Of a stretch of 64,000 nt of DNA, positions 37,496 through 49,464 are shown one piece after another. A program made the translations under genes and the position numbers. The notes under the pieces are model-generated. The model searched no databases. It was not told the origin of the DNA and saw nothing but the letters and a program-made list of their open reading frames with translations. The stretch's first letter is position 1; each line of letters starts with the position of its first letter. This DNA comes from Cladosporium halotolerans (taxonomy: Eukaryota): assembly GCF_011745625.1 (NCBI RefSeq), contig NW_027191474.1, positions 124,001 through 188,000 of the forward strand, written 5' to 3'.

Positions 37496-37504
37496 TCCAC
37501 CAAT
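37496..37504 (+). promoter_or_regulatory. Putative galacturonate-response element TCCACCAAT
   Basis: Exact TCCNCCAAT match about 240 nt upstream of the esterase ATG. Confidence 0.45.
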
Positions 37505-37745
37505 CGGACCTGTCCATCATGTGAATTTTGACACATGTCCGTATGCCGGTGATTTAAAGTATGCCGATTGAGTGTGCAGTCACGGGATGCTTGGCAAGTA
37601 CCAGAGATCTCCTCCTCCTTTCTGTCTACATTGAAGGCTCACGAGGTGCAGACCTGTTGATTCCGAGCTCGATAAATCATCCTCAACGTTCTCTCGACAT
37701 CCCAGTCCCAGCCACACGCCACCTTCATCCTGTGACATCGCGAAA

Positions 37746-38732
37746 ATGGACAAAGTGCACGGGCTCAAGCCCGACCGGGAGTTCGCCACGATCGTCGCTG
37801 GCCTCGGCGAGAGGGGAGCCATATTGCCGGGTCTGCCGGTTGGCGATGTTGTTGGACGGCGTGAGCGATACGATCTGCGCTCCCAGAAATCGCTCTCCAT
37901 GACACCACCCACGGCCGACGTCGTGCAATGCAGCCACAAGATCCGCAGCAAGGACGGCACCTTCATCGCTCTCGAGGAATTCCGCCCGAAAGGCGCGCCC
38001 GCCAAAGCCTCACCGGCAATCTATCACGTGCACGGCGGCGGAATGATCCTCGGCAGCGTCGCGTCTTTCACTCCCGCGATCTTAGCTAGAGCCAGGAGCT
38101 ACAAGTTACCGATATTCTCGATCGAATATCGACTCGCTCCAGAAAATCCACACCCTGTTCCAGTCAACGACTGCTACGCAGGGCTCGAGTGGCTGTATGA
38201 GAACGCCAGCGGGCTAGGCGTCGATTGCACACGTATCATAGTGCTGGGAGAGAGTGCTGGCGGCGGCCTCGCGGCAGGAATCACCCTCATGGCCCGCGAC
38301 AAGGGTCTTTCGCCTCCGGTGGCATATCAGATGCTCATCTACCCCATGCTCGACGACCGGAACTTGCAGCCTCAGCCGAGCATTGAGGCGCACACCAAAT
38401 GGAGATCGGACGACAACAAGACCGGTTGGGGCGCGTTGCTTGGAGAGGCTGCGGGTCAAGACTGCGAGGTGGCCGGGCACCAATATGCTGCTCCTGCTCG
38501 TGCGCAGGACCTCAGTGGTCTTCCTCCGACGTACATCGATGTTGGTCATCTGGACTTCTTTGCACACGAGGACGTCGAGTATGCTGCCAGACTGCTCGCA
38601 GCAGGCGTTCCGGTGGAATTGCATGTATACCCGGGCTTGCCGCACGATTTCGAAGCCATAGGATCGGGTGCGCGGATTGTCGAACGCACTCTGGAAAACA
38701 GGCTGCGTGTCGTTGAGGAACTTAAGCTTTAA
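37746..38732 (+). CDS. HSL-family alpha/beta hydrolase (esterase), no evident signal peptide
   Basis: HGGG oxyanion motif, YRLAPE, GESAGG nucleophile elbow, catalytic Asp region (LDFF) and PHDF His. Confidence 0.92.
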   Translation: MDKVHGLKPDREFATIVAGLGERGAILPGLPVGDVVGRRERYDLRSQKSLSMTPPTADVVQCSHKIRSKDGTFIALEEFRPKGAPAKASPAIYHVHGGGMILGSVASFTPAILARARSYKLPIFSIEYRLAPENPHPVPVNDCYAGLEWLYENASGLGVDCTRIIVLGESAGGGLAAGITLMARDKGLSPPVAYQMLIYPMLDDRNLQPQPSIEAHTKWRSDDNKTGWGALLGEAAGQDCEVAGHQYAAPARAQDLSGLPPTYIDVGHLDFFAHEDVEYAARLLAAGVPVELHVYPGLPHDFEAIGSGARIVERTLENRLRVVEELKL

Positions 38733-38927
38733 ACATCCAAGGAAACTCCGCGTGTGTAACTTCATAGATGCTACTGCTACCGAAAGAGGGTTGATAGGTC
38801 GATTTTTGGCACATGATCAATGATCGTCTTTCCGTGGCCCAATGTCAGGAAGCTTGCGTAGATGCTGTTGTCTCAGGATGAGCTGACAGAGAGTTTCGAC
38901 CATTTGCACGCGAAGCGCCCCGCGCTC

Positions 38928-41219
38928 TCAAGCATCTCCTTGAAGGCCAGACCATTCCTCCTCTTGCTCTTCTGCTGCCGAATCAACGCGCCCGGGGTTC
39001 TCGTCCCTCACGAGCGAGAGCCGGTCGAAATCGCCCGCGAGCCTCTCCGCTTCGCCGCCGCGGTCCGCCTTTCGCTCGTGGCTCAGATCCATGTACACCC
39101 TCAAGTTCCGAGTTTCCCTCACCTTCTCCCTCCCCTCGCCGTGAAACAGCTGCCTGTACAAGTCCCGCGCTTTACTGCCAGAGAGCTTGCCTTCGGCTAT
39201 AGCCATAGTGAGTATAGCCTTGTACGAGATGGCCGCGAAGGGGTACACGAGCGCGAGTTGACGGTAGGCCTTTAAGCAGATGAGCAAGTAGAAGCGCCAC
39301 TCGGGGTCGACTGGGGAAGCGGTGAGCACGGCGTGCGAGACGGTTATCACGGCGGGGTTCCACCAGGAGTGGTAGCGGGCTTCCGGATAGTGGAGTTGGT
39401 AGAGGATGATGATACGCTTGAGCTGGAGGATAGAGGCGTTGAAGACCGCGGAAGGTGTAGTACAGAGTGTTGCCGAGGCGAGGAGGCGATTCGAGCCTAT
39501 CCAGGGGCGGACGAGCAATATCACGAGGCAGTGGTAGTAGACGCTGAGGAGAGGAGTTAGTCGTATGGTACAGGATGAGACTGGTGCCACCGCGTCATCT
39601 GGCTTACTGCATGTTCATAACATGGTGCGGAGTAACCTCGCTACGGGCGCAACAGCTAGGAAGGTCTGCAGCCCATTGCAAGAGCCGCCCATAGGCCTGC
39701 TCCACGATATGAAAAGGCACTTGGCCTAAAGCTTTAGTGCCAGAGTGGCTTAGTGCACTCTCGGCGATGACGAATAGCTTGCAAAGTGAGGTGAAAGTGC
39801 TGCCCATATACCAAGGTAGATCAAAGCCGTACGTCCCAGGGATCGGAAGCGACAAAGGCGGCTTGGGGAACGGTATTTGATAGACCAGATTAGCAATGCT
39901 AGACTTGTTAGAAAGTGAATCAGAGAATGGATGGAGTACCTCACCAAGTGGAAGTAAAGTAACCCCATCTGGCGTGAGTCTCCCAACGTTGCTCAAGGCT
40001 AGGCAATCTCGAAGACGCGAAGATATTAGATGGTCGAAGCGTTTCTGCCATCTCTTCTGCGAGTTGGGTGAGCCGCCGAGCCTCGAGGTCGATCCCACCG
40101 GTTACACCGGCGTAGTCCATAATCTTTAGCGCCGCCAAATTCATAAAGGTTTCCCGGTTTGTCTCTGCATCCCATAGCTGTGTAGCTGTGGAATAGAACC
40201 TCGCGTGTAAATCCACGGCGGAGGAGTCAAAGATCTCGTATGCTTGCTGAAGAAGTTAGCTTTTGTTTCCATACGAGGGGCGTCAGATCTTACTATCGCG
40301 TATGCAAGAACCGCATTCACAAGAAGGCGCGAGCAAAACCTCTCTCGCTTTCCCACCAAGTCGCCAACAAAGAGGCCTGGGTCGAATAGCGCCATACTCG
40401 GGTGCTCCGTCTGCAGGTAATGAGATATAACTGCAGCAGCGTAACCGCTACTGATTGGGACGTCGGTCCAGTACGAGATATCTAGTTTCTGGAGACGAGG
40501 GTCGCATAAGTACGCCTTCAGCTTCTTCCCCGAGTCTGAGGCACCCAGATCCAGCTTCATTCTGTACCCGGTTAGCGAAAAGACTGATGTATCGGTTTGT
40601 TGAAATACCTCATGATATCTTCCAGTCGGTGCGATCCCGAAGGATTCAAGAGACCTTTAGCGATAGACTGCGGGTTTTCGAATGCCACGATTTTGGGATA
40701 CACCTTGGAGAAGTTCAGTGGCAGGTCGGCCTGCAAATCCGATATTAAGGGAATCAGCGGTGTAGATGGTGGTGGTCGAGCCAATATCCTGGGCTGGGGC
40801 CAATCTGCGTTGAAGCGGTCTGAATCGATGAGATTGACGCCATCGCTGCGGCTCTTGAGAATCGCCAGAGCATCCTCCGCTGGTAGGGATTTAATTTCGT
40901 CGACGAGCTTCTGGTACTCCTGTAATCTCTTCTTCAAGGCCTCGTTCTCACGTCGAACAGCCTTCTGCCTAGTCTCGTCTGCATATCGGGTCGCGTAAAC
41001 GCATTCTACGCCATGCGACCTGCAATGCCTGCATGCTGGTCTCGATGCATCGCACCATATGCCCGTCAGCACCGAGGATTGCTCGAGAAAACCCTTCTTT
41101 ACTCAGGTACATACACCGATTTTTCGAGCTCTGCACTGATCGCAGGCGGCTCGGACTTGGGCTTTTTTTGTCGCTCGCGTGCGGGGCGCATGCCTCGACA
41201 TGCCGCCGCCTGGCTCCAT
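38928..41219 (-). CDS. Zn(II)2Cys6 transcription factor, 6 exons; intron-1 acceptor is non-canonical
   Basis: ACDQCRARKIG joined to CDASRPACRHCRSHGVEC; introns 2-5 are canonical and keep the frame; intron 1 (41055-41114) ends in GG. Confidence 0.8.
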
Positions 41220-41866
41220 GGTGCGAAAGAGTAAGTATGGTGTCACTGGCGGGCCGTAAACGCCATGGCACAAGCCTGAAGCTCTTCAAGATGACTGCGG
41301 GCTTGCCCGAAATGTGTTTGTGGCAAGCAGGGATAGCATGAGCACGGCTGTCTATGTATCAACGTCCGGCAAGCCTGGAGCAGATGTTCGGTGCGCGGGT
41401 GGCGTGACAGGGAACCTACAGTATCTCTGCCGACCGCCGATGTCTTCCCCGTTTTTGATGAGGGCGCCGAGCGCGCAAATCTGGCGGGTTGTCCGGACTT
41501 GCCTCCGCCGCCTCTCGGCAGGCATTTGCTCCATGGGTAATGGCGTGACGAGCGACGATGTAATCGATCCGCACCGACAGATCGAGACCATCACCTCTTA
41601 TTACTCGGGTCTTAGAGCACGTCCTGGAATTGCAGCGTCGAGGCAGGTAGATCGGACGTCCTACAGGCCAATTGATTTCCGTACTCCCTCCTATAGCGAC
41701 GATGAAATAAGGCTCACCCTTCCCGGCTTGGTATACAGGACTCCAGTCCTTAGGACCCTTCACACCATAGTGGCAACCCCCTTCTATCCGGGTGTTCCCA
41801 ACGATGGCGGAAATGATGGGTGGTTTGGAATCTAAGGATGGAGTGGCCAGCAAAAAGACAAAAAAA

Positions 41867-41985
41867 ACATACAACAGGCGGGATTCCCAGATGGTCACCC
41901 ACTCTAGTACTAGTCGCCCGGTTCAGTGCTTATGTATGGCAGAGCGGACGGGATGCCCAGTTTTCACTGACCTGTGGTCGTATGT
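41867..41985 (-). rRNA. 5S rRNA gene, copy 2 (identical to copy 1)
   Basis: Same 119-nt sequence; T-run terminator; TATA-like TCATAGA at -29 to -23 (42008-42014). Confidence 0.96.
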
Positions 41986-42936
41986 GTTTGGTATGCGCTA
42001 GCTAAAATCTATGAATGCTTATCATCAGGCGCATGAGCAAGAACGCTCTCCCCAAATCGAGGGTCTACTTGATCATACGCAACATCTCGTTTTTCTTTTG
42101 GAAGATACGACTATATCAAAGAGGATTCGCACAATCATGGATGATAAGCTCGACGATTGCTTCTTACTGCCCGACGATGCTGAGCTTTAGCACGATGGCG
42201 CAGTTTGATGAGCTCAGCTGCGAGAAGAGGCGCTGCGGCATTCCTTCTCGTAGGCGAGAGGTGGAAGCGAGAGGTGATCTCTATCGAACGGTCATTATGT
42301 CCAGCGTGAAAATCGCTGAGACTTGTCTTCGATGTCGGTGTTTATCACGGCAAATGTGTGGCGCTGACCTGAGCACCCTTACTTGCCTTCACTATACACG
42401 CATCACCTCAGGTCCGAATGGACCGCAGCAAGCGAGACTCCGGGAAGATCTTTGCGCCGCGTAAATGCGAAAAGAAACAGGCTATTTACAGACTCTTTGA
42501 TCATTCGCGAAGAATTTTGGCTGATTGAAGGGACGCTAGATGCATGCCATTGAGTTCTTTGGGTGACAGATTCCCCTCGTCCACAAGAGAACAGCAACCC
42601 CGCGCATTGAAGCTTCCTCCAACGACACCTCAAATTCTTCCGTCAATCAAACAATTTGCGGCACTATGTCTTGCTTAGACGAATGTGGGCTTCTGTACAG
42701 GCAGTCAGGTGCTCTCAGTTCGCTGATGATGCGACTAGAAAAGCGATGACGATATTACGGAGACCTGTGAAGTACCTTGCGGGCATGCGGGGTCGGGTTA
42801 TTGCAGCTATAAGAGCAGTGTCTGGCCCAGTATCACCAGAGAAGTAGTTGAACTTTTACGGGCCTAAGAGTTTACACTGATAGACGACTGAGCTTACTCT
42901 TCGTTACAATCTCTAAGCACATCAGGCCTCACCTTC

Positions 42937-44409
42937 ATGTGGGTGTTCAGAGTCTTGCTGTTGGCCGTCTTACGCCATGCTGTTGCTTTAGAAGGTCCAG
43001 TCGGCCGCCTGCCCGCCATGGGCTACAACAGCTTCAATGCATTCCAGTGCAACTACAACGCCTCACTGCTAGAAGCCCAAGCTAAGGTCCTTCACGAACG
43101 AGGTCTTGTCGCTGCCGGCTACAATATCCTCACCCTGGACGACTGCTACGCCCTTGAAGAAACGCAACGCCACTGGGCACATGGTCGACGACCCTGCAAA
43201 GTTCCCAGAGGGAATAGCAGCTTTCTCACAAAGTGTGCATCCTTATGGCATGCGGCTTGCAGCGTACGGAGACAACGGGTACAAAACCTGTGCTGGGCAC
43301 CCTGGCTCTTACGGTCGTGAGTTGCAAGACCTGGAGACTTGGTACTCGTGGGGAATGACCTACTTGAAGTACGACAACTGCTGTGAGTAAGCATGCCGAT
43401 TACTTCACCGGGTCGAAGACTGACAAATCGAGCAGACATACCGGCCGACAATATAACTCAGGACAGCATGTTCGGCCGCTTCACGCGCATGTCAGACGCT
43501 ATCGCTGAGTTTGCGGCTCGCACGAACGTCACTTTCCAGTATTCGCTCTGCCAGTGGGGTTGGAACCAGCCTTGGGTCTGGGGCCGAAGGATCGCTCAAT
43601 CCTGGCGCAACACGGGCGACATCAAGCCGTACTGGGACGCGCTCGCTGCCATCATCAACACGGCATCATTTCATTCGGAAGCTGCCAATTTCTTCGGGCA
43701 CAACGATCTGGACTTGCTGGAAGTCGGAAATACCGGGCAGGGCACTCCGCCTGGAAACCTGACATACGACGAAGCGAAGAGCCATTTCACCGCTTGGGCG
43801 CTTCTGAAGTCGCCTCTGTTCATCAGTACCGATCTCCGGAACGCTTCCGAGGAGACCTTTGAGATTCTGGGAAACAGAGACATCATCAAAATCAACCAGG
43901 ACCCTGTGGTAGGCGAGAGCGTCACGCCGTTCCGGTGGGGCGTTAACGAGAACTACGCCTACAACGCCACCCACCCTGCCGAGTACTGGTCTGGCAACTC
44001 GAGCTACGGTGTCAGCTTCATGATTCTGAATAGTCTCAACTCACCACAGCAGATGTCCTTCAATCTTACGGAGAGCTGGGCTATACGCACTGGAAGACAG
44101 TACTCGGTGTACGACATGTGGCAGCACAAGGTGACTGGAATAGCTGTGAGGTAAGCACGTAGTCTGAGTGTACGCAGAGACTTGCGACGCCTGCTGAAAT
44201 CTCTCACCAGGAACATGACAATCGATCTGCCGCCACGTGGAGTCGCTGCGCTTCTGTTGAACGACGACGGTCCAGAGCCTGAGTCGCTGAATGGGACTTG
44301 CGCTCTCTATTACCAGTGCTCGGTGAGTGTAGCGTAGTCCCTATTATTCCGGTACTTCCTACTGACATTATACTACTAGTGGCCCAATGGCACATACATT
44401 TCAAACTGA
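42937..44409 (+). CDS. GH27 alpha-galactosidase-like enzyme, secreted, 4 exons; apparent +1 frameshift at 43151-43153
   Basis: Motifs LPAMGYNSFN, LDDCY, YLKYDNC, SWRNTGDI, NDLDLLEVGN and HFTAWALLKSPL; introns 43383-43435, 44151-44210 and 44323-44379. Confidence 0.88.
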
Positions 44410-44621
44410 AAAGTGACTGTGTCGAAAGCGTCGGTGACAAAACGGGATGTACAAGCTTTTCTGCATCTCGTGTCGTTAGATAACGACCGCCTTACGGAAT
44501 TAGTGTCGGTTATTACATCAATCCCCGCCAAATCCGTGTACGCTCATCATTAAAATCTTCCATACAGCTGTTCGGAGTGTTCATGGGTGTTGCTTGGAAA
44601 ATTGCGACGGCTCCTCCAACA

Positions 44622-47600
44622 TCACAACCACTTCGTCTCCGGCGGCCCCAGGTACGAAGCAGGTGCCGGCCGCCCATACTCCAGCACGATCTTTTCAAGG
44701 TAAAGCTCCGGCGAGTCCGTCCCGAACCGCAGCGTATGCTTGCCCGGCTGTACTTCGCCTAGCACGGCCGTTCGTTTCCAGACTCCTTCTGCGACTGAAG
44801 TCGTCCAATCGTCAGGCAGCTCGCCGACTGCTGAGGGCTCGAGAAGGAGCCGGGTCATGGTGGGGTTAGTCGATGGATCGTCGAGAGTGAGGGAGTAGTG
44901 CATTGGCAGGTTGGGGTCGGTGTCAAGAGCGCTGTTGATGTATAGGGTGGAGTTGAGTTGGTCCGTGGCGTTGCCGAACAGGAAGATATCGTATTCTACC
45001 CATGCGTGATGAGAGGCGGAGGGATTGCCTCGGGCTTCGTGGTAGGGCCGTAGTGCGATTGATCCAGAGTTGCTGCGGGAACCGAGATGCGGTATGTGTT
45101 GAAAGGAGACCGAGCTATTGCTATTGGCTGATGATGAGCGTTGGAAGTGAGAGCCTTCGATGGAGATCACGCCGCCAGCGTCGGGGAAGCCTGTAAAGCC
45201 TTCGGGGACTTTGTTATTGAAGACCGTCAGTCTCAAGTTGTCGAACGAAGGTTCGGGCTCCCAGTTGATGCGAACGTCAAACTCCTCCTGGAATCCCTCG
45301 GGCACACGGCTCCAGTCGACAGTGATGTTGATGCGCTGCTCAAGCTGCTCGGAATACACCGTGCCGGAAGTGAGAGAGAATTGCAGCCATACATAAGGCA
45401 CATCGGCGGACCATGCAATACTCTTGCGGCTGTCGCCACGATGGAACAGATCAACAGTCACAAAGTCAGGCCCGTACGGTGTGATCACAGGCAGGACCGG
45501 CTTGAAGCCTTTCTCCGTGGGAAACGCCGGGTCAATAGACGCGCAGATCCTCCCTTGCCGCGCAGCACTCAAGGATCCTTGGGCGTAGATTCCGAGATTA
45601 CCAAAGCCGTAGTCGAAGTCCTGCCGAGTCTGCACGTACGAGATATTTGGCAGGACGTCTTTTGACGGAGGTATCCAACTCACGCTGCCGATGTCAAACT
45701 TGGGCGTGGACATTATGCCTGCCCATTTTCCGCCGGCAACCTGATCGTATTTGAGCACGAGATCCCAGTCCATGCCGAACTCGTCGAGAATGTCGGTAGC
45801 TACCTGATTTGCAGAGTTTCGTCGTTCGGTGGCGAACTGGTAATTGAGAGCGGTTTTGATCTGGATAGAATGGTAGTTCGCACCAGCTACAGATGGGTAG
45901 ACGGCGTGGTAATAGAAGGGATCTCGACGGTCAGCCGGCAGGCGTGAATGTACAGATTTGGCGCGCCCCGCAAGATCTGTCCATGCCTGCAAGACACGTT
46001 CAGCTTCGTGGTAGTTCATGATGGAGTACGTGTTCGGCAGAGTAATCTCAAATTTGCGTAGACCGACCAGATGGCTGTAATCGAACAACACTCTCGAGGC
46101 TTCTCCTGCTAGATCAGGCCCAAAGTCCCTTTGCGAAAGCGTGACGAGCCATTTCGGGATTGTGTCAAAGTCGACTGCGGAAGCGTTCCAGGCTACGGTC
46201 ATTGCAAGCTCGAATGGCAACTCAAGACTTTTGATGTCTCCAACATTGAAGATCCAGATCTGGTTCGCCCCTCGTTCGTGAGCGTGATGAAGATCCTTGT
46301 ACAATTTTGGCTGGAGACTGTGTCAGTAGGGTCCTAGCTGTTACCATATAGATCGATCGCACTGACCAAATTGTTTGTGTTCATCCATTTGTAGCTTTTC
46401 GGACGGCCAACGTAGCTGAGATGGTGGTATAGCTGCTTAAAGTCAGGAAACTCCTCTAATGCGATCTCGAACGACTTCTACTCACACCAAATCCTCCTGA
46501 CCTGTCGCCGTCCTCTGCTGCAGGAAGGCGTCTGATGTTCCCCCAATTGTCGTCCGCAAACATTATGGTCACATCAGAAGGAGGCTTTAAGCCTGCCTCA
46601 TAGTACGCTTGTACCTCCTTGTAAACCGTCCAGACCTCTGAGGCCAAGTCAGCGTTGACACCGCATCCAAGGAACACAAACCAATCTTACGTCTCGTGTC
46701 CGAAGCATTGCCATGATGCTTCGCGATCAAACCCCTCTGAGCCGCAATAATATCTTCAAGGATCGCCGCGGGATCGTCGCCATTGATCGGCCCGTCGTTC
46801 TCGCCTCGCATGCCCAATGTGAAATAGGACTCGTTGTTCCCAGCTCGGATCACCCCTTCCTCCATAAAGTTCAGGACTTTCTCCCTGTTCGTGACAAAAT
46901 TCCACGGCCCATCGCTCCCGTTTTTCTTCTGCCATTCGTTAGAAGCCCGCTGCATCGGCTCGTGGTGGCTCGTTGAAACCACGATGCCGTAGTCGTGTGC
47001 CAGTTGCTGGTTCTTCGGGTCATCCGTGAAGAAGATGCGGCCAGGCTTGGGGACGAATGATCCCCACATGGCCGGCCAGATGAAGTTGCCCTTAAGGCGG
47101 ACTATGAGGTCGAAGACGTGGGTGTAGAACTCAGAGTCGAAGGTGTAGTCGGACACGTTGTGCCTTCTCGCCCACCAGCCCGTGAGAGCTGGCGCCTCGT
47201 CGTTGATGAAAAGCCCTCTGTACTTGACGGAGGGCTCGCCGTGGGTGGTTTTGTGAGGCAAGGCATAGATCTCTTCATGCTTGGTAGCGGGAACGTCTGA
47301 CCAGAAGTGGAGCCTGGGCTGTCAGTGACGGATTGTATGGTTGTATAGCAGTCAAGATGCACTCACGGCGACTGCCCACTTTGCTCAGCTAACGTGTAAA
47401 CGCCAAAGGCCGTGCCTCGTTTATCACTGCCAGCAATGACAAGAGCCCTGTCAACTCCAATCAAAGGATCAGAAACCACCGTTGTGGTAAACTTCTCCCA
47501 CTTCCCGTCAAGATCAGAGACGTCGATTTTGCCCCTGTGAACAAGCTCAATAATCAAAGCAGAGTCGACCGTGCCGACGATGATGGCTTCGGCTGCAGAT

Positions 47601-47851
47601 GGACAAGTGTTGGTCTTGTTCTCGGACCATTCACAAGTCGATAGCCTCGAGCCAGTGATCTGCTCCCAGTCAGATGCCAGGCTGCGGACAGAGATCTGGA
47701 CTGCCTCTGCATCTTTCGCATCGTGCAGAAGAGTAGCGTTGCGAAGTCGAACAGCGCCATCGACCGGCTCGAATGTGACAAACGTTTCCTCTAGAAGTGC
47801 GATTCCGTAAGTGAAGAAAGAGAAAAGTATGACAGCTAGTCGAGCTATCAT
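44622..47851 (-). CDS. GH115 alpha-glucuronidase, secreted, 5 exons
   Basis: Signal peptide; motifs IAGSDKRGTAFG, PSVKYRGLFINDEAP, STSHHEPM, DDNWGNIRRLP and WIFNVGDIK; the introns restore the frame. Confidence 0.92.
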
Positions 47852-48687
47852 CTTGCTGTTTCGCGGATGCAATGCCCGAAAGCAATGCCGCTTCTGGAGA
47901 GCAGTTTGTTGGACGATCGTTCTCGCTGAACGTGCACGAACTGCTCGCTGTTTTAGACGCAGTATTTCATCCTGGCTCAAGCTTCACCATTCGCGGGAAA
48001 TTTACTTCTACTCATGTCGTCGCTTTTGCAACAGCAACTAGCGAGACATACTCGCATGCGTCACCTGTTCAAGTCATTAGACCGAGGCGAAGACGTCCTC
48101 CTCCCAAGCACACCTTGGCGGAGGGGTGATCGTCATCCTTGTGCACCTGAGAAGTGACAGGTTCATCGCTTGTCCGCCCACAAGCGTCAATAGGCCAGAA
48201 GTAAAGGGTATAGCCACCCTTGGCTGGCAATGTTGATGTCTCGAGGGGTGTGCTCGGGCCATTGCCGAGCGAGGACTGACCTCTTCCCCGCTGAACGATT
48301 CTCGCCCAAGCGTCCTGCCCAAGCGTCCTTCATCCCAAGGGCGGAGAACAATGTTCCGGTCGACGCTCATGATGCTTCGGATCGTACGGACTGGGCAGAC
48401 CTCATAAATCCTGCTTCAGTCGTATGTCTGGAAACAGGATGCGGTGAAAATTGTCTGGCAGTAGCAGTAGCTGTGAGCTAGGAATTAGCTGGATCTTTTG
48501 TGACATGCTATCTGGGTCTGGAACCCGCACTCATGTCTAGGTACAATCATGACATGCAAGCAGTAAATCTTCCACTGTCAGGTCGTTGAAGCAGATGGGC
48601 AAAAGTACTCGGTACATTTCATTAAAAGCGCTCCAAGCTCAATATCCCCTATCCGTACCAGGACTTCAGCATCTCGCCATCGCAAAG

Positions 48688-49464
48688 TCATGAGAAAACA
48701 CTCGTGAACCAAGTTTGATAGAGCACAACGGCGTGGGAAACGAAGAGAGCGCTCGTAACCGTGGCCATAACAATCCTCGCGTCCACCTCAGCGTCGTGTG
48801 GACCCATATACGATTTCGCCCCGTACCACCAGACAGAGGCAGCCATAGTCAGCAGGAAGAAACCATAGAGCAGCGCGCAAATGAAAGAGAGCACAGCCTC
48901 GGGAGCCTGCGCTCTCTGTACGTCGTGGAGACCGGCCAGAAAATGCAGGGCGGTGTGGAGCGCTAAGCAGACGACCATGCCCTTCCATGCGGCAGCCTCG
49001 ACGCGGTCGCAGAAGATGCCTTTATCGACGGAGAAGAGGGACCTGCGGCAGAGTGGGCACGTTGTTTGAGAGTCCTCGCCAAGAAGCTGCAGGCAGCGGT
49101 CGCAGCAGCGGTGTCCGCAGAACAGTTGGGCAAGGCGGTGTTCGTGGTCCCAGCAGACGATGCAGTCGTCCGGCTTCCTACCTTGCTTGACAAAGACCAG
49201 GTTGCGCATGAATGTCGAGTGACTTGGGAGACCTGAGGCTTCGTATGAGATGGATAGGTGAGTCCAGACGGTGTACGCGACGGCCAAGGCGAGCGGCAGT
49301 TGAGGCTGCTTCATTGGGTAGAGAGCCAGACAAAGCATGCAGGCCGTGAGATCTATGATCATCTGCCTTTGCGTCGTGTGCCACCATCTTGGCAGGAGTG
49401 TGCATAGCACGGCAGGTGCCAGAGAACTTACAAGCGTCTCGGAGCTGCAAAAAAGGAGAGCCAT
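48688..49464 (-). CDS. Membrane protein with a C3HC4 RING finger (putative E3 ligase)
   Basis: CIVC...CGHRCCDRC...CPLC flanked by hydrophobic segments; first ATG at 49464. Confidence 0.75.
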   Translation of the reverse strand: MALLFCSSETLVSSLAPAVLCTLLPRWWHTTQRQMIIDLTACMLCLALYPMKQPQLPLALAVAYTVWTHLSISYEASGLPSHSTFMRNLVFVKQGRKPDDCIVCWDHEHRLAQLFCGHRCCDRCLQLLGEDSQTTCPLCRRSLFSVDKGIFCDRVEAAAWKGMVVCLALHTALHFLAGLHDVQRAQAPEAVLSFICALLYGFFLLTMAASVWWYGAKSYMGPHDAEVDARIVMATVTSALFVSHAVVLYQTWFTSVFS

